Shown here one piece after another: positions 16,771 to 25,728 of a DNA stretch of 43,208 nt. The notes below the pieces were generated by a model, which was not told where the DNA came from, searched no databases, and worked only from the letters and a program-made list of their open reading frames with translations. Positions within the stretch are counted from its first letter, which is position 1. Each line of letters opens with the position of its first letter. The stretch is from a virus: positions 1 to 43,208 of the IMG/VR virus record IMGVR_UViG_3300045988_065740; one strand, written 5' to 3'. The position numbers and the translations under genes are program-made.

Positions 16771-18428
16771 TGTATCAGCTAAAATACAAGGACTACATAC
16801 TGCATGATATGCGCCTTGCGGATGAAAAGATTATCGTCCGTGACCCCTCTGTTAAGCTTGCGGTGAGCAAAGCGGGTGAGATGACTTTCACGCTGGGCGC
16901 TGACCATCCGTATTTAAGCAATCTTCGGCGCATGAGCGGCCTTGTGGAGCTGCTGGACGGCACTTTGCCCATATACAGGGGCAGAATCACCACCGACACA
17001 AAAGACTTCTACGGGGCGCACAAAATCGAAACAGAGGGCATTATGACGGTGCTGAATGACAGCATCATCCCACCGTTCAACTTCCCAGAGGACTTTACGG
17101 AGGACGCTTCCTATAAGGCCGCCGCCGCAAGCGGGAATGTGGTTGATTTCTTCTTTCGTTGGATTTTGGCGCAGCACAACAGCCAAGTGTCCACGGAGCA
17201 GCAAATCAAGCCCGGTGTTTGTACCGTCACCGATAGCAACAACTACATCACCCGCAGCGCATCAGAGTATGCAACGTCAATGTCCACGATATCCGACAAG
17301 CTGATTAAATCGGCTTTGGGCGGGTATCTCCTGATCCGATATGAGGATGACGGGAACTATCTGGATTATTACGCTGCGTTGCCGCTCACAAATACGCAGT
17401 CTGTGGAATTTGCTGAAAATCTCCTTGACCTTTCCAGCGAGACGGACGGAACAAACATTTACACCGCTATTCTGCCAGAGGGCAAGGACGGCTTGACCAT
17501 CGAAGCGCTGTCAGATGGTGATTTGACAGATGACCTTGTTAAATCCGGGCTTACTATTTATAGCAAGTCTGGCGTGGCCACATACGGGCGCATTACCCGG
17601 CACGTCAAATGGGATGATGTGACTGTTGCCGCCAACCTTCAGACCAGGGCAAAGGCGGCGCTTGCTGACAACGGATTGTCAATGCCTGAAACCATCAAAC
17701 TGACGGCGGTTGATTTGGGATGGCAAGAGGATGTGCAGCATTTCCGGGTGGGCCGCATGACTGTTCTTTTTAGCACTACGCACGGATACAGCACATCCTA
17801 TCCGCTGCTGGAATTGTCCCCGGATATTCTTGATCCGGGCAACACCAGAATCACGCTGGGCGCTACCCAGCAAACCTACACGGGGGCGCAGATAGATACC
17901 AAGCGTGAAACGGATGAACGCATCGAAAGCACACGGCAGGAGATTTCCGAGCGGGTGGACGAATCTTCAAGCCAAGTGATACAGGCCACACGTCAGCAGA
18001 TAACCGACCTTCAGCAGAATATCAATTCCATCATTCTTTCCGCTTTGGAACGTTATGTGGAAACAGGTGACTTTGAAAGCTACAAGGAAGAGGTATCCAC
18101 CAAACTGTCCGTGCTTTCGGATCAATTAACCATTGACATCACCCGTATCACCGAACGCATTGATGACGTAAACGGTGATTTGCAGAGTAAATACAGCGAG
18201 ATCACAAAGGCTTTCCGTTTTACGTCTGACGGCCTAATCATTGGCGAAACGGGCAATGAAATCCTGCTGCGGCTGGACAATGATGTGTTGCAGTTTGTCC
18301 GCAATAACACGCCCGAATTGCAGATCACCGCAGAGGGCGTGGAAGCAATGCGTATCAAGGTATCTATCCTCTGCATCGGAAACGTGGTTTGGACGGAGGA
18401 CGAAAACGGCGATGTAATCGCCAGTTGA
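16770..18428 (+). CDS. Tail-associated protein (Tal / prophage tail endopeptidase-like), set 1
   Basis: 552 aa. TAATG overlap with Dit1. Follows Dit and has a coiled C-terminal half. Confidence 0.75.
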   Translation: MYQLKYKDYILHDMRLADEKIIVRDPSVKLAVSKAGEMTFTLGADHPYLSNLRRMSGLVELLDGTLPIYRGRITTDTKDFYGAHKIETEGIMTVLNDSIIPPFNFPEDFTEDASYKAAAASGNVVDFFFRWILAQHNSQVSTEQQIKPGVCTVTDSNNYITRSASEYATSMSTISDKLIKSALGGYLLIRYEDDGNYLDYYAALPLTNTQSVEFAENLLDLSSETDGTNIYTAILPEGKDGLTIEALSDGDLTDDLVKSGLTIYSKSGVATYGRITRHVKWDDVTVAANLQTRAKAALADNGLSMPETIKLTAVDLGWQEDVQHFRVGRMTVLFSTTHGYSTSYPLLELSPDILDPGNTRITLGATQQTYTGAQIDTKRETDERIESTRQEISERVDESSSQVIQATRQQITDLQQNINSIILSALERYVETGDFESYKEEVSTKLSVLSDQLTIDITRITERIDDVNGDLQSKYSEITKAFRFTSDGLIIGETGNEILLRLDNDVLQFVRNNTPELQITAEGVEAMRIKVSILCIGNVVWTEDENGDVIAS

Positions 18429-18442
18429 CAGGAGTGGAGAAC

Positions 18443-20362
18443 ATGGCATCTATCTATAGCAGCGCAAAAAATGGTTGGAAGCTGCGGCTTGATTGGTCTA
18501 TTACCGGACAATCTATCGCAAATAACACCAGCACATTAAGTCTTGATTTGTGGGTGTATGACGGAACCGGATATTCTCAAAACGAGTACAGCAACCAGGC
18601 ATATTATATAATCCAGGGCGAAAAGCATTGGAACCCATATAACTACTCAACTTCCGGCTGGTACAAGCTGGGCAGCAAGACCGTCACAGTCAGTCATAAT
18701 GCAGACGGCACGAAAAGTGTTGCACTTAGCGCGGAATGGGATTGCGGCTTTGACAGTCAATATACACCACGCCATTTGTCCTTGTCGCAGGCGGTCACGC
18801 TGACCACCATACCCAGAGCATCCACGGCTACCACCAGCGGTGACACGCTGGGTAATGTGTTGACCATCACCATCAAGAGGGCCAGCAGCGGATTTACCCA
18901 CAAGCTGTATTACACCTGCGGTAGCATCAAGGATCAACTGATTGCCGAAAATGTAGGCACATCGTACAGTTGGAATGCGCCGCCGGTGTCGCTGGCGCAG
19001 CAAGCGCCAAACGCGGAGACTGTGGCGCTCACGCTTACGGTCAAGACATACAATGGCAGCGCCTATGTTGGGGCATGGTCTTTGCCGGTGAAACTTTCCG
19101 TACCGTCATCTGTGGTTCCGTCCATATCTGTGACAATCGGTGATCCAACAGGTGTAAAAAACACATACGGTGGATATGTCCAGCTTCGCAGTAAAGTCAA
19201 GGTGGATATTACGGCATCCGGGGTGCAAGGAAGTTCGATCAAGTCTTACAGTATCAAGGTGGGCAGCATCTACGCTGCAACATCGGCCAGTGGCACAACG
19301 GATTATCTGCCCGGTTCTGGCGAACTGATTGTTGCTTGCGCCGTTACGGATAGCCGTGGGCGCACTGCCACAAAGACACAAAGCATTACCGTCCTTGCCT
19401 ATAGCAAACCGGCGATTACCGCTATTTCTGCCGCCCGATGCAATTCCGATGGCACAGCAAACCGGGCTGGCTCTTATGGCAAGGTAACGTTTTCCGGCGC
19501 TATCACGTCACTGTCATCCAAAAATACGGCGGCATATGCGGTGCAGTATAGGGAGGTTGGCGCGGAGGACTGGACAACGGCGGGCAGACCGGCAGCGGGA
19601 AACTATGCGCCCGCTGATATCTCCGCCGTGTTTGCCGCAGATAAAAGCAAGCGATACGAAGTACGCGTTGTGGCAACGGACGTATTTGAAAGCATTGGCT
19701 CCACGCTGCGCGACTTGCCAGCGGCATATGCACTGTACCATCTGGCAAAGCACCTGCTATCTGTTGGGCTTGGCCGTCTCTGCGATAAGGCCAACGCAAT
19801 ACAAGTGGGGCTGAACGCTTACTTTGACAGGGATGTGCAAGTCAGCGGCAAAACAACGCTTGATGGAAACCTTTCCGGGAAACATCTCACGGGAACCTGG
19901 CTACAAACAACAGCGGCCACGGATTTAGGCAAAACGCCGCCTAAAGTTGCTGTGCTGGATGATTCCGGGTGGATATATTACAGAACCCCGGTTGACCTTA
20001 TCTATCCGGTTGGTTCGATTTATATGTCAGTCAATGCAACCAATCCATCGGCCCTGTTCGGCGGGACCTGGGAGCAAATTAAAGACCGCTTTCTTCTGTC
20101 CGCTGGCGATTCTCATGCGGCTGGTAGCACGGGCGGCGAGGAAAAGCACACCCTGACCGCTGCGGAACTGCCAGACCATACACATACATTCAAGTACACG
20201 GGCCAGAGCGTCACGACCGGCGTTAATGCGATTAGGCTAAATCAAGCCGCAAGCAATCAATACAATGCCTATTCTGGCGGGCAATCCTCCAACTGCAAGG
20301 GGCAAGCGCATAACAATATGCCACCGTATCTGGCGGTGTACGTCTGGAAACGGACGGAGTAA
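18443..20362 (+). CDS. Tail fibre / receptor-binding protein, set 1 (DUF859-like N-terminal region, tail-collar-like C-terminus)
   Basis: 639 aa. The N-terminal roughly 400 aa align by eye with 22647..24425 (TVSHNADGTKS, FTHKLYY, VTDSRGRTATKT, ISAARCNSDGT). C-terminus: PVGSIYMS...FGGTWEQI...HTLTAAELPDHTH...HNNMPPYLAVYVWKR. Confidence 0.8.
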   Translation: MASIYSSAKNGWKLRLDWSITGQSIANNTSTLSLDLWVYDGTGYSQNEYSNQAYYIIQGEKHWNPYNYSTSGWYKLGSKTVTVSHNADGTKSVALSAEWDCGFDSQYTPRHLSLSQAVTLTTIPRASTATTSGDTLGNVLTITIKRASSGFTHKLYYTCGSIKDQLIAENVGTSYSWNAPPVSLAQQAPNAETVALTLTVKTYNGSAYVGAWSLPVKLSVPSSVVPSISVTIGDPTGVKNTYGGYVQLRSKVKVDITASGVQGSSIKSYSIKVGSIYAATSASGTTDYLPGSGELIVACAVTDSRGRTATKTQSITVLAYSKPAITAISAARCNSDGTANRAGSYGKVTFSGAITSLSSKNTAAYAVQYREVGAEDWTTAGRPAAGNYAPADISAVFAADKSKRYEVRVVATDVFESIGSTLRDLPAAYALYHLAKHLLSVGLGRLCDKANAIQVGLNAYFDRDVQVSGKTTLDGNLSGKHLTGTWLQTTAATDLGKTPPKVAVLDDSGWIYYRTPVDLIYPVGSIYMSVNATNPSALFGGTWEQIKDRFLLSAGDSHAAGSTGGEEKHTLTAAELPDHTHTFKYTGQSVTTGVNAIRLNQAASNQYNAYSGGQSSNCKGQAHNNMPPYLAVYVWKRTE

Positions 20363-20385
20363 CAATTTAAGAAAGGCGGTGCAAC

Positions 20386-21033
20386 ATGAAAGGGGTATCT
20401 TTTGGAACGTATCACAGCTATGCCGATTTTAGCTTGATTCTGACTTCAAAAGAGATTGCAGCCCCGAAAACAAAAACGGTGAAAATTGATGTGGAAGGTG
20501 CGGACGGTTCCATTGACCTTACTGATTTTTTCGGTGAGCCGAAATATGAGGACTGCACACACAAATTTCAGTTTTCAACTATCGTGCCACAAAGCGAATT
20601 TCTTACACTGTTTTCAACAATCAAAAACGCGATACATGGTAAAAAACTGCGGATTGTCCTTGATGATGATCCGCTTTTTTACTATGTCGGAAGATGCTAT
20701 GTTTCCAGTTTCACCAATGAAAAGAACATCGGAAAAGTAAGCGTGGAATGTGATTGTGAGCCGTGGAAGTACAAAGCGGCGAAAACCGTTGTCACACAGG
20801 CCGTCAGCGGTGAAAGCACCATTCCCCTGTCCAATCTCCGCAAGCGCGTTGTGCCGGAAGTGACGATCACGGCAGACAGCGCCTTGCACATTGTCTATGA
20901 GACAAGCAACATTTGGGACTTGGGCAACGGCAGCTACACATTGCCGGAACTGGAACTGAAGGCCGGGAACAACAGCGTTTCCGTCACGGGCGAAGGGACT
21001 ATTTCCTTTGCATATCGGGAAGCGGGGTTGTGA
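20386..21033 (+). CDS. Distal tail protein (Dit), set 2
   Basis: 215 aa. Collinear similarity to Dit1 (IDVEGADGSID, DCEPWKY, AGNNSV). Confidence 0.8.
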   Translation: MKGVSFGTYHSYADFSLILTSKEIAAPKTKTVKIDVEGADGSIDLTDFFGEPKYEDCTHKFQFSTIVPQSEFLTLFSTIKNAIHGKKLRIVLDDDPLFYYVGRCYVSSFTNEKNIGKVSVECDCEPWKYKAAKTVVTQAVSGESTIPLSNLRKRVVPEVTITADSALHIVYETSNIWDLGNGSYTLPELELKAGNNSVSVTGEGTISFAYREAGL

Positions 21034-21034
21034 T

Positions 21035-22645
21035 ATGTACAGGGTGTATTGTGACGGCCTGACGCTGTATAACAGCAGCTTGGAGAGCCTTAAAATATTC
21101 AGTCCTTCCGTGGAATTGGAGCTGAACAAGACCGGCAGTTTCTTATTCACAGTTTATCCCGATCATCCACAGTACAACGCCATTCAAAAGCTGCGGTCGA
21201 TCATCACGGTTTATCAGGATGACTATCTGATTTTTCGTGGGCGTGTCCTTGATGATGAAATCGGCTTCTACAATGAAAAGCGTGTTGTCTGCGAAGGTGA
21301 GCTTGCTTTCCTTCTGGACAGCGTACAACGGCCATACGACTATTCCGGGACGATTTCCGGTTTCTTAAACCTGCTGATTGATAACCACAATGCGCAAGTG
21401 GAGGAAGCAAAGTGGTTCACTGTCGGAAATGTCACGGTTACTGATCCGAATGATTATATCGTCCGGTCAAACATCGACTATGTTGATACATGGACAGAAC
21501 TGCAAAAGAAGATGATCGACCTGCTGGGCGGGTATATCGTCATCCGGCATGAAGGCTATATCAACTATATTGACTACCTGCAAGACTTCACGCTTCTTTC
21601 TCCGCAGAAGATCACATTCGGGAAGAATCTGCTTGACCTGAAGCGGATCAGGAAGGGCGCGGACATTGCAACGGCTCTGATCCCGCTGGGCGCGAAGCTG
21701 AAGGACGATGAAGGTAAAGACACAGACAACCGCCTGACAATCGCTTCTGTCAATGACGGCATTGATTACATCGTTGATGAAGAAGCCGCTGACAGGTACG
21801 GCCTTATTTTCGCAACGCATACATGGGATGACGTGACAGAAGCAGCAAACCTGCTGACAAAGGGCAACGCATATCTGGATGAACTTGTCAACCAGCCTGA
21901 AACCATTGAACTGACGGCGGCAGACTTGGCAACCGTGGACGCTTCCTTCGGAAATTTCCATTTGGGGACATACGTCAAGGTGGAGAGTACGCCGCACGGC
22001 ATAGGACAGAATTTCCTTGTTTCAAAGCTGTCTTTGAAGCTGTTGGAGCCGGGAGCGAACAAACTGACGCTTGGCGGGGTGTTCTTGGGCATTTCCGGGG
22101 CGCTGGCTGGCGTTTCCGGCGCACAGGGTGAAATTATACTGCAAATAGAAAATGCGTCCAAAACGGCTTCTACGGCCATTTACAACGTGGAACAGAATTT
22201 GCTTGCATCCTTGCAGGTATCAGAAGAAAATATCAAATCCGTTGTCGCTGAAAACTACTACCTGAAGGATCAGACGGACGCGCTTGTTTCCTCTGTCAGT
22301 ACGGAGATCGAGCAGACGAAGGAAAGCGTGGAAATACAGTTCAATCAATTCAGCGCTGACATTGATGCTGTGGCAGCGGGTGCAGATGCAGAGTTTGAAG
22401 AAATCCGCAAATACATCCGATTTGTGGACGGCTCAATTCTGCTGGGACAGGTCGGAAATGAGCTGGAATTGAAGATCAGCAATGACCGCATATCTTTCCT
22501 TCAGGACGCTGTTGAAGTGGCTTATTTCTCAGACAATAAGCTGTATGTGACAGACGGCCATTTTCTCCATTCCCTTCAGCTTGGGAACTTTGCTTTTATT
22601 CCAAGGGCAAATAACAATTTGAGCTTCAAGAAGGTGGGTGGTTGA
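21035..22645 (+). CDS. Tail-associated protein (Tal), set 2
   Basis: 536 aa from ATG 21035, which overlaps the Dit2 stop. The N-terminus parallels Tal1 (IFRGRVLDD compares with IYRGRITTD). Confidence 0.75.
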   Translation: MYRVYCDGLTLYNSSLESLKIFSPSVELELNKTGSFLFTVYPDHPQYNAIQKLRSIITVYQDDYLIFRGRVLDDEIGFYNEKRVVCEGELAFLLDSVQRPYDYSGTISGFLNLLIDNHNAQVEEAKWFTVGNVTVTDPNDYIVRSNIDYVDTWTELQKKMIDLLGGYIVIRHEGYINYIDYLQDFTLLSPQKITFGKNLLDLKRIRKGADIATALIPLGAKLKDDEGKDTDNRLTIASVNDGIDYIVDEEAADRYGLIFATHTWDDVTEAANLLTKGNAYLDELVNQPETIELTAADLATVDASFGNFHLGTYVKVESTPHGIGQNFLVSKLSLKLLEPGANKLTLGGVFLGISGALAGVSGAQGEIILQIENASKTASTAIYNVEQNLLASLQVSEENIKSVVAENYYLKDQTDALVSSVSTEIEQTKESVEIQFNQFSADIDAVAAGADAEFEEIRKYIRFVDGSILLGQVGNELELKISNDRISFLQDAVEVAYFSDNKLYVTDGHFLHSLQLGNFAFIPRANNNLSFKKVGG

Positions 22646-22646
22646 T

Positions 22647-24425
22647 ATGGCGAAAACGGGAACGATCACAAAGGCGATCCGGACGGGCTATCAAATGAAA
22701 ATCGTCTGGACGGTCGGCAGTCAGGCCGTGGCAAACAACACATCCAGCGTCACGGTCAAGGTGCAGCTTGTTTCCACCGGCGCAAGCTACACCATCAATA
22801 GCAGCGCAAGCAAAAGCGGCAGTCTGACCATCAACGGGACGAAATACACGTTTTCTTTCTCTGCGGCTCTTTCCGGCAATCAGACGAAAACGCTATTCAC
22901 AAAAACTGTCACCATAGCACATAATGCAGACGGAAGCAAGACCTGTGCTTTTGCGTCTACCATCGGGATCAAGGTCACGCTGGGCGGCACATATTATGGG
23001 GATGTTTCGGCATCCGGCAGCGGCACATTTGACACCATTCCACGGGCAACCACACCCACGCTGTCAGCAAGCAGCGTGAACATGGGATCAAGTATCACAA
23101 TCAATATGCCAAGGGCGGCAGGTGCCTTCACGCATACGCTGACATATAAGTTCGGCAACGCAACCGGCACGATTGGCAGCGGCCTTGGTACAAGCAAGGC
23201 TTGGGAAGTGCCGCTTTCCCTTGCAAGTCAAATTCCATCCGGGACAAGCGGCACCTGCACGATCACCTGTAAGACCTATAACGGCAGTACGCTGATAGGC
23301 ACAAAGACGGTTTCCTTCAAGGCCAGCGTCCCGGCAGCTATTGTGCCTACCATTTCAACCGTTTCCATGACGGAAACGGTTTCCGGCCTTGCCGCTAACT
23401 TTGGCGCTTTTGTGCAGGGCAAATCCAAGGTCAAGATCGGCATTGTGGCGGCTGGGGCTTACGGCTCCACCATCAAGACGTACAAGACCACCGTGGACGG
23501 GAAATCCTATTCCGGCGCAGCTCCTATCACCGGCACACTGTCCAGCGGCACAAAGGCCGTGACAGTCACCGTCACCGACAGCAGAGGACGCACGGCCAAG
23601 ACCACCAAAACGCTGACGGTCATTGCCTACGCCGCGCCGGTCATCAGGGGCATATCTGCTGTGCGTTGCTTGGCAGACGGTACGGAAAACTATGACGGTA
23701 CTCACGGCAAAATCGGCTTCGGCTTCAATATCTCCCCTGTCTCAAATCAAAACACAAGCAAATATGTTCTGGAATACAAGGCAAGGGCATCAAGCACATG
23801 GATAAAGCTGAAGGAAGGCACGGGGTACACCCTATCAACAACGCTGATAACCGGTGCCGATCTGAACGTTGATTCTGCCTATGATGTCAGACTGTCGGTG
23901 ACAGATTATTTCACCACGATCAGAAAAACCGTGGAGATACCAACGGCCTTCACGCTGCTGGACTTCAATTCTTCCGGGCGCGGCCTTGCCTTTGGTAAGG
24001 TGTCAGAGCTTGCGGAAGGCATTGAATTTGGCCTTCCGGTCATCTTCCGCAACGGGTATGAGATAACAGCAAATCCCGGATGGATAACGGCAAAGCTCAC
24101 AAGCGACTTTGAAACATACGCCACAAACGCCGGAAACACATTGCGATATAGGAAAGTCGGCGGCGTTGTCTATTTGAAGGGCGTTGTCACGCCGAAGGCA
24201 ACCTTGACGGGCGGCACGGACAATGTGACCATCACAACACTGCCGGAGGGGTACAGGCCGGAAGTGCAGGGCAATTTCATTTGTCAGGGCAGCGGAACGG
24301 CAATTTGGCTTTGCACCGTTACTGCTGCGGGGCTTGTGCGTTTCGCCCGGTATAGAAACGGCTCTGCATGGGCTGACGCTCCAAACAACACATGGCTACC
24401 AATCGACATTTCATTCATCGTCTAA
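22647..24425 (+). CDS. Tail fibre / receptor-binding protein, set 2 (DUF859-like N-terminal region, distinct C-terminal head)
   Basis: 592 aa from ATG 22647. Shares the N-terminal architecture with 18443..20362 but ends in an unrelated roughly 150-aa domain (…YRKVGGVVYLKGVV…WLPIDISFIV). Confidence 0.8.
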   Translation: MAKTGTITKAIRTGYQMKIVWTVGSQAVANNTSSVTVKVQLVSTGASYTINSSASKSGSLTINGTKYTFSFSAALSGNQTKTLFTKTVTIAHNADGSKTCAFASTIGIKVTLGGTYYGDVSASGSGTFDTIPRATTPTLSASSVNMGSSITINMPRAAGAFTHTLTYKFGNATGTIGSGLGTSKAWEVPLSLASQIPSGTSGTCTITCKTYNGSTLIGTKTVSFKASVPAAIVPTISTVSMTETVSGLAANFGAFVQGKSKVKIGIVAAGAYGSTIKTYKTTVDGKSYSGAAPITGTLSSGTKAVTVTVTDSRGRTAKTTKTLTVIAYAAPVIRGISAVRCLADGTENYDGTHGKIGFGFNISPVSNQNTSKYVLEYKARASSTWIKLKEGTGYTLSTTLITGADLNVDSAYDVRLSVTDYFTTIRKTVEIPTAFTLLDFNSSGRGLAFGKVSELAEGIEFGLPVIFRNGYEITANPGWITAKLTSDFETYATNAGNTLRYRKVGGVVYLKGVVTPKATLTGGTDNVTITTLPEGYRPEVQGNFICQGSGTAIWLCTVTAAGLVRFARYRNGSAWADAPNNTWLPIDISFIV

Positions 24426-24430
24426 CGCAA

Positions 24431-24462
24431 AGGGGAAGGCCGAAGCCTTCCCCTTCTTTTTT
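24431..24462. terminator. Bidirectional terminator between convergent genes
   Basis: aggggaaggc-cgaa-gccttcccct followed by a T-run on the + strand. It lies between the stop at 24425 (+) and the stop at 24463 (-). Confidence 0.8.
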
Positions 24463-25131
24463 TTATTCCTTAATTTTGAGTATGTAACTTCTACCCGATT
24501 TTGTTCGTTCTATCTTGCCCGTTCTGGCCGATTCTCGCAGGAAAGCGGAAACTTCATCTTTTATCAACGGATCAAATGTTTTCAGGAACTCGCTTTGAAT
24601 AATACCGTTACATTCACGTAATTTAGCCATTACGTCATATTCAAGAGTTGAAAGTAAATTTTCATGCTTAATAAGAGATGGAGCATCAGCTTTCAATCTT
24701 CTATAGTCCTTTACTTCTTCATTGTAACTCACTGATTCTAAAAAGTTTTCGCAAAACCACTTGTAATGGCACTCACCTGCTTCTTTGCATTCCTCGCCAA
24801 CACTGGCTATTGTGGCAAAATAATCTCTGTATGCATCAAGTTTGTCTTGTGTCAGGACAGCATTTCTCACCGCTTTCCACTTATCAGCTATTTTCCTGCC
24901 CTTCTCGCCTGTAAAATCTTGATAATAGACAAGCCAACCAAATGGGAGTTCACCATCTGGTGTTAAGTGCCGCAAATCTTCTCCCAAAGTATTGTGGAAG
25001 TTATCTTTTGGCTTTGAAATAAGGCCGTTATCTGAAAGAATTTTTGCGATTGCGCCAAAATCTTCTGCTTGTTTCAGTTCATTCAAAACAGTTTCTTTAC
25101 GCTTCCTCTTGAAAACACCAAACAATCCCAT
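24463..25131 (-). CDS. Hypothetical moron protein with a possible winged-helix C-terminus
   Basis: 222-aa ORF in an AT-rich minus-strand block between the fibre gene and the integrase. No family recognised. Confidence 0.65.
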   Translation of the reverse strand: MGLFGVFKRKRKETVLNELKQAEDFGAIAKILSDNGLISKPKDNFHNTLGEDLRHLTPDGELPFGWLVYYQDFTGEKGRKIADKWKAVRNAVLTQDKLDAYRDYFATIASVGEECKEAGECHYKWFCENFLESVSYNEEVKDYRRLKADAPSLIKHENLLSTLEYDVMAKLRECNGIIQSEFLKTFDPLIKDEVSAFLRESARTGKIERTKSGRSYILKIKE

Positions 25132-25143
25132 AACAGCACCACC

Positions 25144-25335
25144 TTAAACACGCTTCATTCTTTTCCCGTGATACTTCGGAATTACATCACGGTAAAAAAC
25201 ATCAACCGCAACCCGCGCTTCCTCAAAGTTTGGGAAAAGGTATGCGTCATCGCCAAGGATGATTTTCCAGCCCTTATTTTCCACAAGCTCAATTTTGAAT
25301 CCCTTGTAGGTGGTTTCCTTGACTTCAACAATCAT
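25144..25335 (-). CDS. Small hypothetical protein, co-oriented and near-contiguous with 24463..25131
   Basis: 63-aa ORF, with a 12-nt gap to the downstream gene. Confidence 0.55.
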   Translation of the reverse strand: MIVEVKETTYKGFKIELVENKGWKIILGDDAYLFPNFEEARVAVDVFYRDVIPKYHGKRMKRV

Positions 25336-25414
25336 ACGGTGTTTCCCCCTTTATAGTATTGTCACTTGAAATCTGGCAATATTCTACAACGCGCCAGCGC
25401 AGAAAACAAGCCCC

Positions 25415-25448
25415 CAAAATAAAAAGGGAAAGGCAAATTGCCCTTCCC
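25415..25448 (-). terminator. Intrinsic terminator (minus strand)
   Basis: On the minus strand: ggggaagggca-att-tgcctttccc followed by tttttatttt. Confidence 0.75.
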
Positions 25449-25454
25449 CTGATT

Positions 25455-25613
25455 TTAGTTATTCAGCTTTTCATTCATCTGTTCTTGTGTTATAATCCCC
25501 AAACAGTACAGCTCAAGCAGCGATTCAACATACACCGCTTTTCTTTCCTTGTATTCCTCCGCAGTTATTATATTGGCAACCAACAGCGTTTCAAGCAATC
25601 CTAATGTATTCAT
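25455..25613 (-). CDS. Small protein with two SHOCT-like repeats
   Basis: MNTLGLLETLLVANIITAEEYKERK...LGIITQEQMNEKL. ATG 25613 is preceded by aaggaag. The longer ORF option starts at 25673. Confidence 0.5.
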   Translation of the reverse strand: MNTLGLLETLLVANIITAEEYKERKAVYVESLLELYCLGIITQEQMNEKLNN

Positions 25614-25670
25614 TCCGTTCTTCCTTTCCGTTGATATATAAGGCTTTTTCCGGTTTGGTTTAACTATATC

Positions 25671-25708
25671 CATCAGTCATGCGCGGTTGAATCCGCACAC
25701 AACTGATG
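25671..25708. repeat. Imperfect 16-bp inverted repeat around ttgaat; candidate attP core
   Basis: catcagtcatgcgcgg-ttgaat-ccgcacacaactgatg, 21 nt from the recombinase stop codon. Confidence 0.35.
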
Positions 25709-25728
25709 GAAATGGTGGGTGCAAAAAA

